A stretch of DNA of 64,000 bases from Diadema antillarum (Eukaryota), in the NCBI RefSeq assembly GCF_040938485.1, contig NW_027272031.1:434001-498000 (forward strand). The letters are read 5' to 3'. Every line of letters starts with the position of its first letter. The first letter of the stretch is position 1. A program made the translations under genes and the position numbers. Positions 27,516 through 37,345 of this stretch are shown here, piece after piece. The notes under the pieces are model-generated. The model saw nothing but the letters and a program-made list of their open reading frames with translations, was not told the DNA's origin and did not search any database.

Positions 27516-28012
27516 AAAGGAAACCAAAGCCCAAAGAGAAATGTGGATTGAGTGAAAGCAGCAACATTAGTAGAACTTATCCGTGAAAGTTTGAGGAAAA
27601 ACTGACAATCGATGTAAAAGTTATGAATTTTTCAAGTTTTGGTGTTAGAACCGCTGGATGAGGAGACTACTAGAGTTCATGACGTCATGTGTGGACAACA
27701 ATATATGGAAAATATAAAGGGAATTCCACAAAAAAAAATACAAATTTTTCATGAAAATTACATATCTCATCAACTTGATACAAACATATGTTAAGGGTTG
27801 TAATTATTTCCCCTGCTTTCTGAAAGCAGTTAGTCAAGAGCTCTTTCATTATGCTAGAAAAGTGAAATCATGTTTAATTTTCTTTATGTTTTCTTTTTGT
27901 CCTCACATGATATCATAAACTCATGTAGTCTCTTCATCCAGTGGTTCCAACACAAAAACTTTAAATATTCATAACTTTTGCATTGATTGCCTGATTTTCC
28001 TCAAACTTTAAG
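27516..28012. mobile_element. Kolobok-type long-TIR MITE, family A (right end truncated)
   Basis: Same arm sequence as 60158-60723. The right arm stops after TTTTCCTCAAACTTT. Confidence 0.8.
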
Positions 28013-28980
28013 CAGCAAACTAAGCAGCATTCAACTGAATATGCGGAGGGCACCCTATCAACCATTTACCAAAAATGAACTTCCGCCAATCTTTGTTGGC
28101 CATATGGGGTTACTACTCAGTCAGGGCTGCAAGTTCTGAAGCTTCTAAGATCAAAGAGAGTTCTTCTTCCATGTAACATGCAATGTAAAATATTTGCCAT
28201 CTACTGACAGATTTGCTTTGTTATTTGGTTTCTTTGACATTAAGAGACACCATAGCCAAATGCCAGTCGGTCATTCAAATTGACCTGTATACAGAACAAG
28301 ACTGGCGGTGATAACCTCGTCGTGGGCTGAAATTTGCAATGCATCCCATTTCTCCCGGTTTGCTCGTCCGCATCCCCCCATCGGCCACCACCGGTGTCCC
28401 TCCTCCACAAGATATTGCTTGCCTTTTCCTCGCGGGCTAGGTTTGGCAGAATTAGTGCAGGAAATAAGGATGCTATTACCCCCATTGAGCGGGGCAAGAC
28501 CGTCAAGAGAAACCGCCTCTCCCGCTGCTCTCATTCTCCAGCCATAGCTGGTGGGCACGATGGTTTACAATTGCAGTCTTTACCTTTCCCTCTCTTTTGG
28601 GAGGCGGTCATTCTGCCCTACCATTCAACAAAAGAAGTAAAAAAAGAAGCCTGCTTTGCAAATCTCCCAAAACTAATTGCAGCGTTCCTAATCAACTTTC
28701 CCATTCAAACGGCCCTCTTTGTAAAGCAATATTATTTCTCCTGAATTACAGCTCCGCTGTGGTTTTGGGGATACCACAACCAAAGAAGTACTACACAGCT
28801 TCTTTACCCTGTGACAGCAGTCTCTACGAAGACATCACACACCATGACATAAAAGTTTCAGCAACATGATCTTACAAACAAAATTTGGGATATATCAAAT
28901 ACACACGCTGTAAAATGAACTCTCGTCAATTGTGTTGTCTTACCAATCACACAGTTACAATTTAATTGAGTGAAGGATCC

Positions 28981-30441
28981 TGTCACAAGTAGTTTTTCCA
29001 ACAGCAATATCCTGAAATTTGGAAAATAAGTATCAAAAATAATGTAGTATCAGAAATTTGAAAAAGAAAGTCCTCTCATTTGTTTATGTATATTTTTGAC
29101 GGGAAGATGTTGCCAAGAGAAAATGCTTTTGCTATAATTGTGTTTGTAAAGGAAAAAAATAAGTAGCTTAGTGGAAATGTATTGACTCCACTCAGAGAGG
29201 GAGACAGGTAGTATTACGTAATCGCCTCCAGGCAAGGGCGAATGTCAGGGATACTTTGAATGCCAAGACCCGCCCGAAGCTACAGGTTGCATTGCCACAG
29301 TGTAGGAGAGAGTCACTCTTCATTTTGGCAGCAGAGAGTCAAGTTGTGTTCGGAGGAGCCAACAGGCTAGGGCCCTCGAGTTTGTGTTTTGAGGAGCCAA
29401 CAGGCTATGGCCCTCGAGTTCGAGTACCGTTAATTTTGGGAGGAGTTGTGAGCCCACAATGGTGGTGAGTTGAATAGTTTTTCTATCAGTTTTACAGTCA
29501 GCGCTTAAGCAAGTGATAGCATTATTTTGCATTTTGAGAATATTATCTGAATGTCAGAAAATCTGAGGAAGTTGAGATAGATGTGTGGCAGAAATTGAAG
29601 AATAAGTGAATTTGATTTTTAATAACTATGGTTGTGATAGAATCTGAAGAAAGTCTATCAGTAAATGTTATTTTACAGAGATATTTGACAATTATGATAT
29701 GTATGTTGATGTGGAACGGATAATTGAAATGGGGATTTGTGTCAGGGTAAGTGATAACTTATCCAGCGGTAAATTGACTTTGTCATAGGTTAATTTATGG
29801 CAAATGTATATGAGATTTATGAAGCATGGATTGAAAATGTGGAGTTATTATATATATGGAATTTGGGTACGATTTTCAGCTAGTGGAAATTTGTTCCAAT
29901 TTCTTAAGGGTTTTATCCTGAGTTCATACTTCTACCCCGAGTCCCTGTGCCGCACCTACTCCGAGCCGAGTTCGTGCTTCACTTCGAGTCGCACTACATA
30001 ATATTGAGTTCGTACTCCACATCGCAGAGAAGGAGGGGTCAACATGTTTTAATGTCAACGCAGCGTTGATAAGCCGAGCACCACCGTATCTACCCACACT
30101 GGGGATGCAGCATGCATGCTGCCTCCTGAACGCCGGATGTTCCTTTTGGGCCGCCGTCAACGCACGAGCTGCCATCCTACGAGCCGCTTCAATGATGTTA
30201 TAACGCAGCCAATTATAATCGCTGAATGGACTAGACTTCAGGCGTCGATTAACACAGGGAAGTGCATTTATATTCGTTGGAACTCATGAGATAATTTAAT
30301 TTTCGGAAATTGATGTCAATGTGATGATAATGCAGTTGCAATGGCAACCATTTAATTGTGATACAGAATTTAGTTATAATAAATGCAATTTTGTGATAAT
30401 TCAACTGGCTATGTCATAGCTCTCTTCCATTGGTCGTGACA
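28981..30441 (+). repeat. 5' LTR (1461 bp)
   Basis: Begins TGTCACAAG and ends GGTCGTGACA. By-eye comparison found no difference from 35116-36576, and five ORF pairs in the track are identical at offset 6135. CCAAT/TATAAT lies at about 30209-30219 and AATAAA at 30378-30383. Confidence 0.97.
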
Positions 30442-30443
30442 AA

Positions 30444-30460
30444 TGGGGGCACGTCCGGGA
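30444..30460 (+). promoter_or_regulatory. Primer-binding site complementary to the 3' end of tRNA-Pro
   Basis: TGGGGGCACGTCCGGGA starts 2 nt after the LTR and matches the canonical Pro PBS TGGGGGCTCGTCCGGGA at 16 of 17 positions. Confidence 0.9.
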
Positions 30461-30660
30461 GAGGAGTCTGTTTTGTCAACCAGTGAAGTGTAGAAAGTGA
30501 TTAGCCAGAAGTAGGACTACAATCTTCACAAAGGTATTTGTACTGCAGTGATCTCAGGAGTGGTATAGAAAATTTCTAACTGTTGAAGGTTGAGTTAGAG
30601 TTTAACAGTGAGGTCACTTCAGGTTTATAAGTTGTTCCACATTGTTACTTTAACGCAAGT

Positions 30661-33600
30661 ATGGATTTGTCTGAATACATTGAGTTAGGAGAGAAGTATG
30701 GGCTTCAGGGTGAGAAGTTACTTACCTTTGCTCGTGAAGAAAGGGATAAGGAAGTTAGTCGGCGTGAAGCTAATGCAGCTAGGGATGAGCGCCAGAAGCA
30801 AAGGGAAGAACAGTTGAAGCTTGCAGAAGAGGCTACTAAGCAAAAGCAATTAGAGTTGGAGATTGCTGAGTGTAACAAGGATAGGCATAGTTCAAGTTCG
30901 GATTCTGACTCTCAAGGGTTTCAGAGTGCGCTACCACGCATGCAAGCGTTCAACGAGAACTCTGACGATTTGGATGCATACATATTGCGTTTTGAAAGGC
31001 ATGCTACCTTGAGCAAGTGGCCCAAGGGAGCATGGGCTCCTGCCCTAGGAAACTTGTTGACAGGCCGTGCGCTAGAGTGCTATACGCGCCTGCCCACCAG
31101 TGAAGCTGAGCATTACGATAGCCTTAAGCATGCACTGCTGCAGCACTTTGCACTAAATGCAGAAGGCTTCCGGAAGCGATTTCGGGAAGCGAAGCAAAAG
31201 GATGGCGAATCTTTTGCACAATTTGCTGCGCGCGTGTCTGGGTACGCAAAAAGCTGGGTTGAGCGTTCGGAATGTAGTGACTCTGCAGAAGCACTATTAG
31301 ACTTGTGCGTACAAGAGCAATTGTTCGCAAGCTGCACACGCGAGCTGGCGATATTCATTCGTGAGCGCACTCCAGGTAGTGTGCAGGACTTCGTTAAACA
31401 CGCTGAGCTGTACTTTGAAGCGCGTGGTCTTAGCGATCAAAAGTGTCAGGCGGCATTTAGGGCTAACCAGCCTAAAGGTCCTAGGTGTCATTCATGTGGT
31501 AGATGGGGTCATATTGCTCCTAAGTGCCCTACAAAAGGGGAGGTAGCTACCAAATACCCTCCCAAACAGCCTACCTCTGGAAAGGCTAAGACAGGGGGAA
31601 GTTGTCTCACAGGGCTATGTCCGGATGCACCGGCCAGCGAGGTAGAGTCAGGTAAAGCAGACGCAATACGCACTGCCAAGCTGATTTGCGGGCATGAGTT
31701 ACTCGTGCTCAATAGTGGTCATGAGTTAGGTCCTGACAATGTGCCTACCTGTCAGGGTAGAGTGAATGGTAAGAGTGTCACGGTGCTGCGGGACACGGGG
31801 TGCAACGCGATTGTGGTCCGCAGAAGTCTAGTTGGGTACTCTCAAATGTCAGGTGAGCTCCAGCCATGCGTGCTCATGGATGGTACCATACGGAGGTTCC
31901 CGCTTGCCTTTGTAGATATTCATACACCATACCTTTCAGGCAATGTGAAAGCACTTTGTATGGATAATCCAGTCTATGACTTGATTGTAGGTAACGTCAA
32001 CGGAGTGCAGATGCCAGTTGGAGTCGAAGGAAGGACTGAGGAGGCATCAGGCTCTTACGGGGAGACTGCGTCTGAGGTCGACATGGAGACGCAAGGGAGA
32101 GGAGTCGACATGGAGACACAGACTGATGCTGGGTCAGATGGCGGTGCCAAGGGGACTGGAGTCGTCACGGAGAGACGGGAGCAGACGACGGACGCCACCC
32201 ACAACACAGGTATCGGGGCTAGTGTTGAGACTAGGGGGATGAGGAGGAGGAAGGAGCAACCGTGGAGGCGGCTGAAGACGCCGGACGGCATCGAGATTGC
32301 AGCCACCCGAGACGAGATGCTGAGGGAGCAGGAGAGGGACGTGACGCTGGAGAAGGTGAAAAGGTTGGCGGTGAGTGGTGAGAACAAGATCGTAGGTAAG
32401 GGGGGACGAGTTCGATACTTCTACGATAACTCACTCCTATATCGTCAATATGAGTCACCTCATGTTGAGAACGGAAAAGTTTTCAAACAGCTCGTAGTCC
32501 CCAAAGCACTGCGAGAATCAGTACTACACCTTGCACATGATATGCCGCTAGCTGGTCATCTCCAAACAAGGAAAACACTTGATAGAGTGATGTCACAGTT
32601 CTATTGGCCAGGTATCCAGTCGGATGTAAAGCGCTACTGTGCTTCATGTGACGCATGCCAAAGAACTACACCAAAAGGTAGGGTAGGTAAGGTTCCCTTA
32701 GTTACCCCTCAGTTGATCGACACATGCTTTCGACGTGTTGCGGTGGATATCATAGGTCCACTTCAACCTATCACCGACAAAGGTAACCGGTACATACTTA
32801 CACTTGTAGATCTAGCTACTCGTTACCCCGAGGCGATAGCTCTTCCGTCTATCGAAGCTGAACGCGTAGCTGAAGGTCTCATGGAGGTCTTCTCTAGACT
32901 AGGCTTTCCAAATGAAATGCTTTCAGACAACGGCACCCAATTCACTGCCGGGGTCATGAGGGAAGCAGCGCGTCTAGTAGGAATTAAGCAATTCTACACT
33001 ACGCCGTATCATCCCATGGCAAACGGCGCATGCGAGCGTTTCAATGGGACGCTCAAACAGATGCTTAGGCGCATGTGTCAAGAGAGACCCAAAGATTGGG
33101 ATCGCTATCTACCTGCGCTACTATTCTCATATCGCGAAGTCCCACATGAGAGTACAGGTTATTCACCCTTTGAATTGATGTATGGTAGAGTAGTCCGAGG
33201 GCCAATGACGATACTCAGGGAGTTATGGACGGAGGAAATTCCCGAGGAAGAGGTAAAGACCACCTATCAGTACGTCTTAGACCTTAGGGATAGGTTACAG
33301 TCCACTTGCGAAGTCGCGAGGAGCGTACTTGAGAAGTCATCTCTCAGGTACAAGAAACACTTTGACGTAAGGGCAAGAGAGAGAAGGTTTGAAAAGGGGG
33401 ACAAAGCCTTACTGCTGTTGCCCACCAGCTCAAACAAACTTGAGATGCAATGGCAAGGGCCGTTCGAAGTGGTAGGACGAGTTGCACGACACAACTACAA
33501 GCTACGGGTGAAAGGTAAGGAAAAGACTTATCATGCGAATCTGATGAAGAAGTATCAGGAGAGAGCACGTGAGGAGTCTGTGAGAGAGGCTAACCACTTG

Positions 33601-35076
33601 CGTGTGATCGATGAACAGGGTAGTGAGGATGAAGCTGTGTCCATTGAATGCCCATCCGTTGTGCAAACTGAAGGTGTGAGTGATGTTCACATCAGTGATG
33701 AGTTGAGCGATGCTGAACGTAAGGAACTCGTAGGATTAGTGAAGGGTTTCGCTGACGTGATGACTGATGTACCAGGTCACACAAATCTGGCACAACACAC
33801 AGTTCAGTTGAAAACAGAAGAACCAATTCGTTCTAGACCATTTCCTGTTCCACAGAGTATGAAGGAGACAATACAAGAGGAGGTGAACACGATGCTGGAC
33901 ATGAAGGTAATCGAACCATCGACGTCACCGTATGCAGCCCCTGTTGTACTAGTACCGAAGAAGGACGGGAAGGTAAGATTCTGCGTAGACTACAGGAAAC
34001 TTAACTCGGTGACTGTCATCGATAATGAACCGATCCCAAATGTAGAAGAGATCATGTCAGAAATCGGAGAGGCCAAATACTTTTCGAAAATTGACTTGTC
34101 GAAAGGATATTGGCAAATCCCCGTGGACGAGAGAGACAGAGAAAAGACTGCTTTCGTCACACCAGAAGGTCAGTATCAATTTCGAGTGCTACCATTCGGA
34201 ATGGTGAACGCCCCTGCGGTATTCACACGCATGATGAGGAAGTTGCTTGCAGGTTTGCCTCATGTCGTACACTACATAGATGACGTATTGGTGTACAGCA
34301 AGACATGGGAGGAACACGTGGACGATCTCCGACGGGTCTTCCAACGACTACGAGAAGCTCATCTCACAGCACGACCAAGTAAGTGTCATCTCGGCTGTCG
34401 ATCAGTCGAATTTCTAGGACACATCGTGGAAGGAGGTAGAGTGAAGCCAACTCCAGAGAAGCTGGCCAAGGTGAAGTCGATGTCGAGGCCGACAACGAAA
34501 AGGGAGGTGAGATCGTTCTTAGGATTGGTCGGGTACTATAGAAAGTTCATTCCCAACATGGCCGCGATCGCAGCACCTTTGACCGATCTAACAAAGAAGA
34601 ACCAACCAGAAAAGGTAAGATGGGGAGAAGTACAGGAGCATGCATTTCAAACACTGCAAGACAGGCTCTGTAAGTATCCTATCTTACGCCTGCCAAACAG
34701 AGACGAAGAGTATGTGGTAAGGACAGACGCGTCAGACATAGGCATAGGAGCTGTCCTGATGCAAAAACAAGACAGCGACTTGTTTCCGGTCAGCTATGCG
34801 AGCCGCAAACTGCTTGATCGCGAGCGGAAGTACGCAATAGTTGAGCGCGAATGTCTGGCATTGGCATGGGCTGTCAAAAAGTTTTCGTACTACTTGTATG
34901 GAAGGAAGTTCACGTACCAGACAGACCACTACCCACTTGCTTATCTGTCCAAAGCGCAGCACAAAAATGCGAGAGTTCTGCGTTGGGCGCTAGCTTTGCA
35001 AGCGTACGACTACAGAGTGCAAGTGATCAAAGGATCGGAGAACGTAGGAGCAGATTACTTAAGTAGATGTCCTTAA
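30661..35076 (+). CDS. Gag-Pol polyprotein (1471 aa): Gag with SCAN-like capsid region and CCHC knuckle, aspartic protease, integrase, reverse transcriptase, RNase H
   Basis: CHSCGRWGHIAPKC (aa 276-289) and the protease motif LRDTGC (D378). Integrase HHCC (H626, H633, C660, C663), catalytic D696/D756/E792 with D,D(35)E spacing, and GPF (aa 933). RT motifs RFCVDYRKLN, LPFGMVNAP and YIDD (aa 1205-1208). RNase H TDAS (D1356) through ADYLSR. No stop or frameshift. Confidence 0.98.
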   Translation: MDLSEYIELGEKYGLQGEKLLTFAREERDKEVSRREANAARDERQKQREEQLKLAEEATKQKQLELEIAECNKDRHSSSSDSDSQGFQSALPRMQAFNENSDDLDAYILRFERHATLSKWPKGAWAPALGNLLTGRALECYTRLPTSEAEHYDSLKHALLQHFALNAEGFRKRFREAKQKDGESFAQFAARVSGYAKSWVERSECSDSAEALLDLCVQEQLFASCTRELAIFIRERTPGSVQDFVKHAELYFEARGLSDQKCQAAFRANQPKGPRCHSCGRWGHIAPKCPTKGEVATKYPPKQPTSGKAKTGGSCLTGLCPDAPASEVESGKADAIRTAKLICGHELLVLNSGHELGPDNVPTCQGRVNGKSVTVLRDTGCNAIVVRRSLVGYSQMSGELQPCVLMDGTIRRFPLAFVDIHTPYLSGNVKALCMDNPVYDLIVGNVNGVQMPVGVEGRTEEASGSYGETASEVDMETQGRGVDMETQTDAGSDGGAKGTGVVTERREQTTDATHNTGIGASVETRGMRRRKEQPWRRLKTPDGIEIAATRDEMLREQERDVTLEKVKRLAVSGENKIVGKGGRVRYFYDNSLLYRQYESPHVENGKVFKQLVVPKALRESVLHLAHDMPLAGHLQTRKTLDRVMSQFYWPGIQSDVKRYCASCDACQRTTPKGRVGKVPLVTPQLIDTCFRRVAVDIIGPLQPITDKGNRYILTLVDLATRYPEAIALPSIEAERVAEGLMEVFSRLGFPNEMLSDNGTQFTAGVMREAARLVGIKQFYTTPYHPMANGACERFNGTLKQMLRRMCQERPKDWDRYLPALLFSYREVPHESTGYSPFELMYGRVVRGPMTILRELWTEEIPEEEVKTTYQYVLDLRDRLQSTCEVARSVLEKSSLRYKKHFDVRARERRFEKGDKALLLLPTSSNKLEMQWQGPFEVVGRVARHNYKLRVKGKEKTYHANLMKKYQERAREESVREANHLRVIDEQGSEDEAVSIECPSVVQTEGVSDVHISDELSDAERKELVGLVKGFADVMTDVPGHTNLAQHTVQLKTEEPIRSRPFPVPQSMKETIQEEVNTMLDMKVIEPSTSPYAAPVVLVPKKDGKVRFCVDYRKLNSVTVIDNEPIPNVEEIMSEIGEAKYFSKIDLSKGYWQIPVDERDREKTAFVTPEGQYQFRVLPFGMVNAPAVFTRMMRKLLAGLPHVVHYIDDVLVYSKTWEEHVDDLRRVFQRLREAHLTARPSKCHLGCRSVEFLGHIVEGGRVKPTPEKLAKVKSMSRPTTKREVRSFLGLVGYYRKFIPNMAAIAAPLTDLTKKNQPEKVRWGEVQEHAFQTLQDRLCKYPILRLPNRDEEYVVRTDASDIGIGAVLMQKQDSDLFPVSYASRKLLDRERKYAIVERECLALAWAVKKFSYYLYGRKFTYQTDHYPLAYLSKAQHKNARVLRWALALQAYDYRVQVIKGSENVGADYLSRCP

Positions 35077-35099
35077 TTTCAAAATATAGCAGTTGTTTT

Positions 35100-35111
35100 G
35101 AAGGAGGGGGA
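35100..35111 (+). promoter_or_regulatory. Polypurine tract
   Basis: GAAGGAGGGGGA lies 23 nt after the pol stop codon and 4 nt before the 3' LTR. Confidence 0.9.
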
Positions 35112-35115
35112 TATT

Positions 35116-36576
35116 TGTCACAAGTAGTTTTTCCAACAGCAATATCCTGAAATTTGGAAAATAAGTATCAAAAATAATGTAGTATCAGAAATTTGAAAAA
35201 GAAAGTCCTCTCATTTGTTTATGTATATTTTTGACGGGAAGATGTTGCCAAGAGAAAATGCTTTTGCTATAATTGTGTTTGTAAAGGAAAAAAATAAGTA
35301 GCTTAGTGGAAATGTATTGACTCCACTCAGAGAGGGAGACAGGTAGTATTACGTAATCGCCTCCAGGCAAGGGCGAATGTCAGGGATACTTTGAATGCCA
35401 AGACCCGCCCGAAGCTACAGGTTGCATTGCCACAGTGTAGGAGAGAGTCACTCTTCATTTTGGCAGCAGAGAGTCAAGTTGTGTTCGGAGGAGCCAACAG
35501 GCTAGGGCCCTCGAGTTTGTGTTTTGAGGAGCCAACAGGCTATGGCCCTCGAGTTCGAGTACCGTTAATTTTGGGAGGAGTTGTGAGCCCACAATGGTGG
35601 TGAGTTGAATAGTTTTTCTATCAGTTTTACAGTCAGCGCTTAAGCAAGTGATAGCATTATTTTGCATTTTGAGAATATTATCTGAATGTCAGAAAATCTG
35701 AGGAAGTTGAGATAGATGTGTGGCAGAAATTGAAGAATAAGTGAATTTGATTTTTAATAACTATGGTTGTGATAGAATCTGAAGAAAGTCTATCAGTAAA
35801 TGTTATTTTACAGAGATATTTGACAATTATGATATGTATGTTGATGTGGAACGGATAATTGAAATGGGGATTTGTGTCAGGGTAAGTGATAACTTATCCA
35901 GCGGTAAATTGACTTTGTCATAGGTTAATTTATGGCAAATGTATATGAGATTTATGAAGCATGGATTGAAAATGTGGAGTTATTATATATATGGAATTTG
36001 GGTACGATTTTCAGCTAGTGGAAATTTGTTCCAATTTCTTAAGGGTTTTATCCTGAGTTCATACTTCTACCCCGAGTCCCTGTGCCGCACCTACTCCGAG
36101 CCGAGTTCGTGCTTCACTTCGAGTCGCACTACATAATATTGAGTTCGTACTCCACATCGCAGAGAAGGAGGGGTCAACATGTTTTAATGTCAACGCAGCG
36201 TTGATAAGCCGAGCACCACCGTATCTACCCACACTGGGGATGCAGCATGCATGCTGCCTCCTGAACGCCGGATGTTCCTTTTGGGCCGCCGTCAACGCAC
36301 GAGCTGCCATCCTACGAGCCGCTTCAATGATGTTATAACGCAGCCAATTATAATCGCTGAATGGACTAGACTTCAGGCGTCGATTAACACAGGGAAGTGC
36401 ATTTATATTCGTTGGAACTCATGAGATAATTTAATTTTCGGAAATTGATGTCAATGTGATGATAATGCAGTTGCAATGGCAACCATTTAATTGTGATACA
36501 GAATTTAGTTATAATAAATGCAATTTTGTGATAATTCAACTGGCTATGTCATAGCTCTCTTCCATTGGTCGTGACA
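35116..36576 (+). repeat. 3' LTR (1461 bp)
   Basis: Copy of 28981-30441, followed by the GATCC TSD. Confidence 0.97.
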
Positions 36577-37345
36577 GATCCTAATCAAGCTTTTTTTTTT
36601 AGTTTTGATCATTTGTGACAGGTCTGCTTTAAAAGAAATTCATTAGGATTTTTTTTTCTGTAATTTGAGTTTGGCATGAACCAATTTAGTTTTTGATAAT
36701 TTCCTCTCTTTTTTTCTTTGATTCAACTACTATATCTCAGCTTCACATTTCCATAAAAATTATTCAGATATATCCAAAGTTAGTGAGTTAAGATAAGTAG
36801 CAAAACATTACTTTCGGATATGATTTAATAAAATAGTGACGTCTTACTTTTCTGTACAAAAAAAAATAAAGATTCAAAAAAGAAAACACTAAAAGAAATT
36901 ATACAGTGTGCACATATTGCAAGTTTTGATTTAATGGGAAAATACGAGTTTCTTAGACTATATACTGCAAGAAAGCCAGTCAAATCTATGGGACACATTT
37001 CCTTTAGTAACTTTAGCACTCTTGGTATATTTAATTAGAGACAGATTTTGCTTCTTATCACAATGACACAGATAGTTTAAAACAATATAGATAACCTAAA
37101 CCTCAAATGTTTCCCTATTCTAGCTCTACAAAATATCAAATGACTTAAAGCCACTGGCTCCTGGCTGAAGATAGAAGCCAGCACTAGCTTAAAACAAAAT
37201 ATACCTTTTTACTTGTCTGAGATTTGAAAGTTTGTTGTTTTTTTTTCTCCCCGAGGATGAAGCTCGATTTCAGAGGCGAGTAGTCACCAACAGTAAAACC
37301 AAACCAACAGAACTACCTTTCAAGTTTCAATTACCCCAGCTTTCT

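Larger units (their letters stand above)
28981..36576 (+). mobile_element. Full-length Ty3/Gypsy LTR retrotransposon of the Gmr1-like type (Gag-PR-IN-RT-RH), 7596 bp
   Basis: Two direct repeats of 1461 bp offset by 6135 bp, with TGTCAC...GTGACA ends. GATCC is duplicated at 28976-28980 and 36577-36581. PBS, PPT and a single intact ORF are present. Confidence 0.98.

Noticed and set aside
29050-30175. Short ORFs inside the LTRs as a possible accessory or env gene
   Set aside because: All are 61-83 aa with no TM, signal or known motif, and there is no room for env between pol and the PPT.
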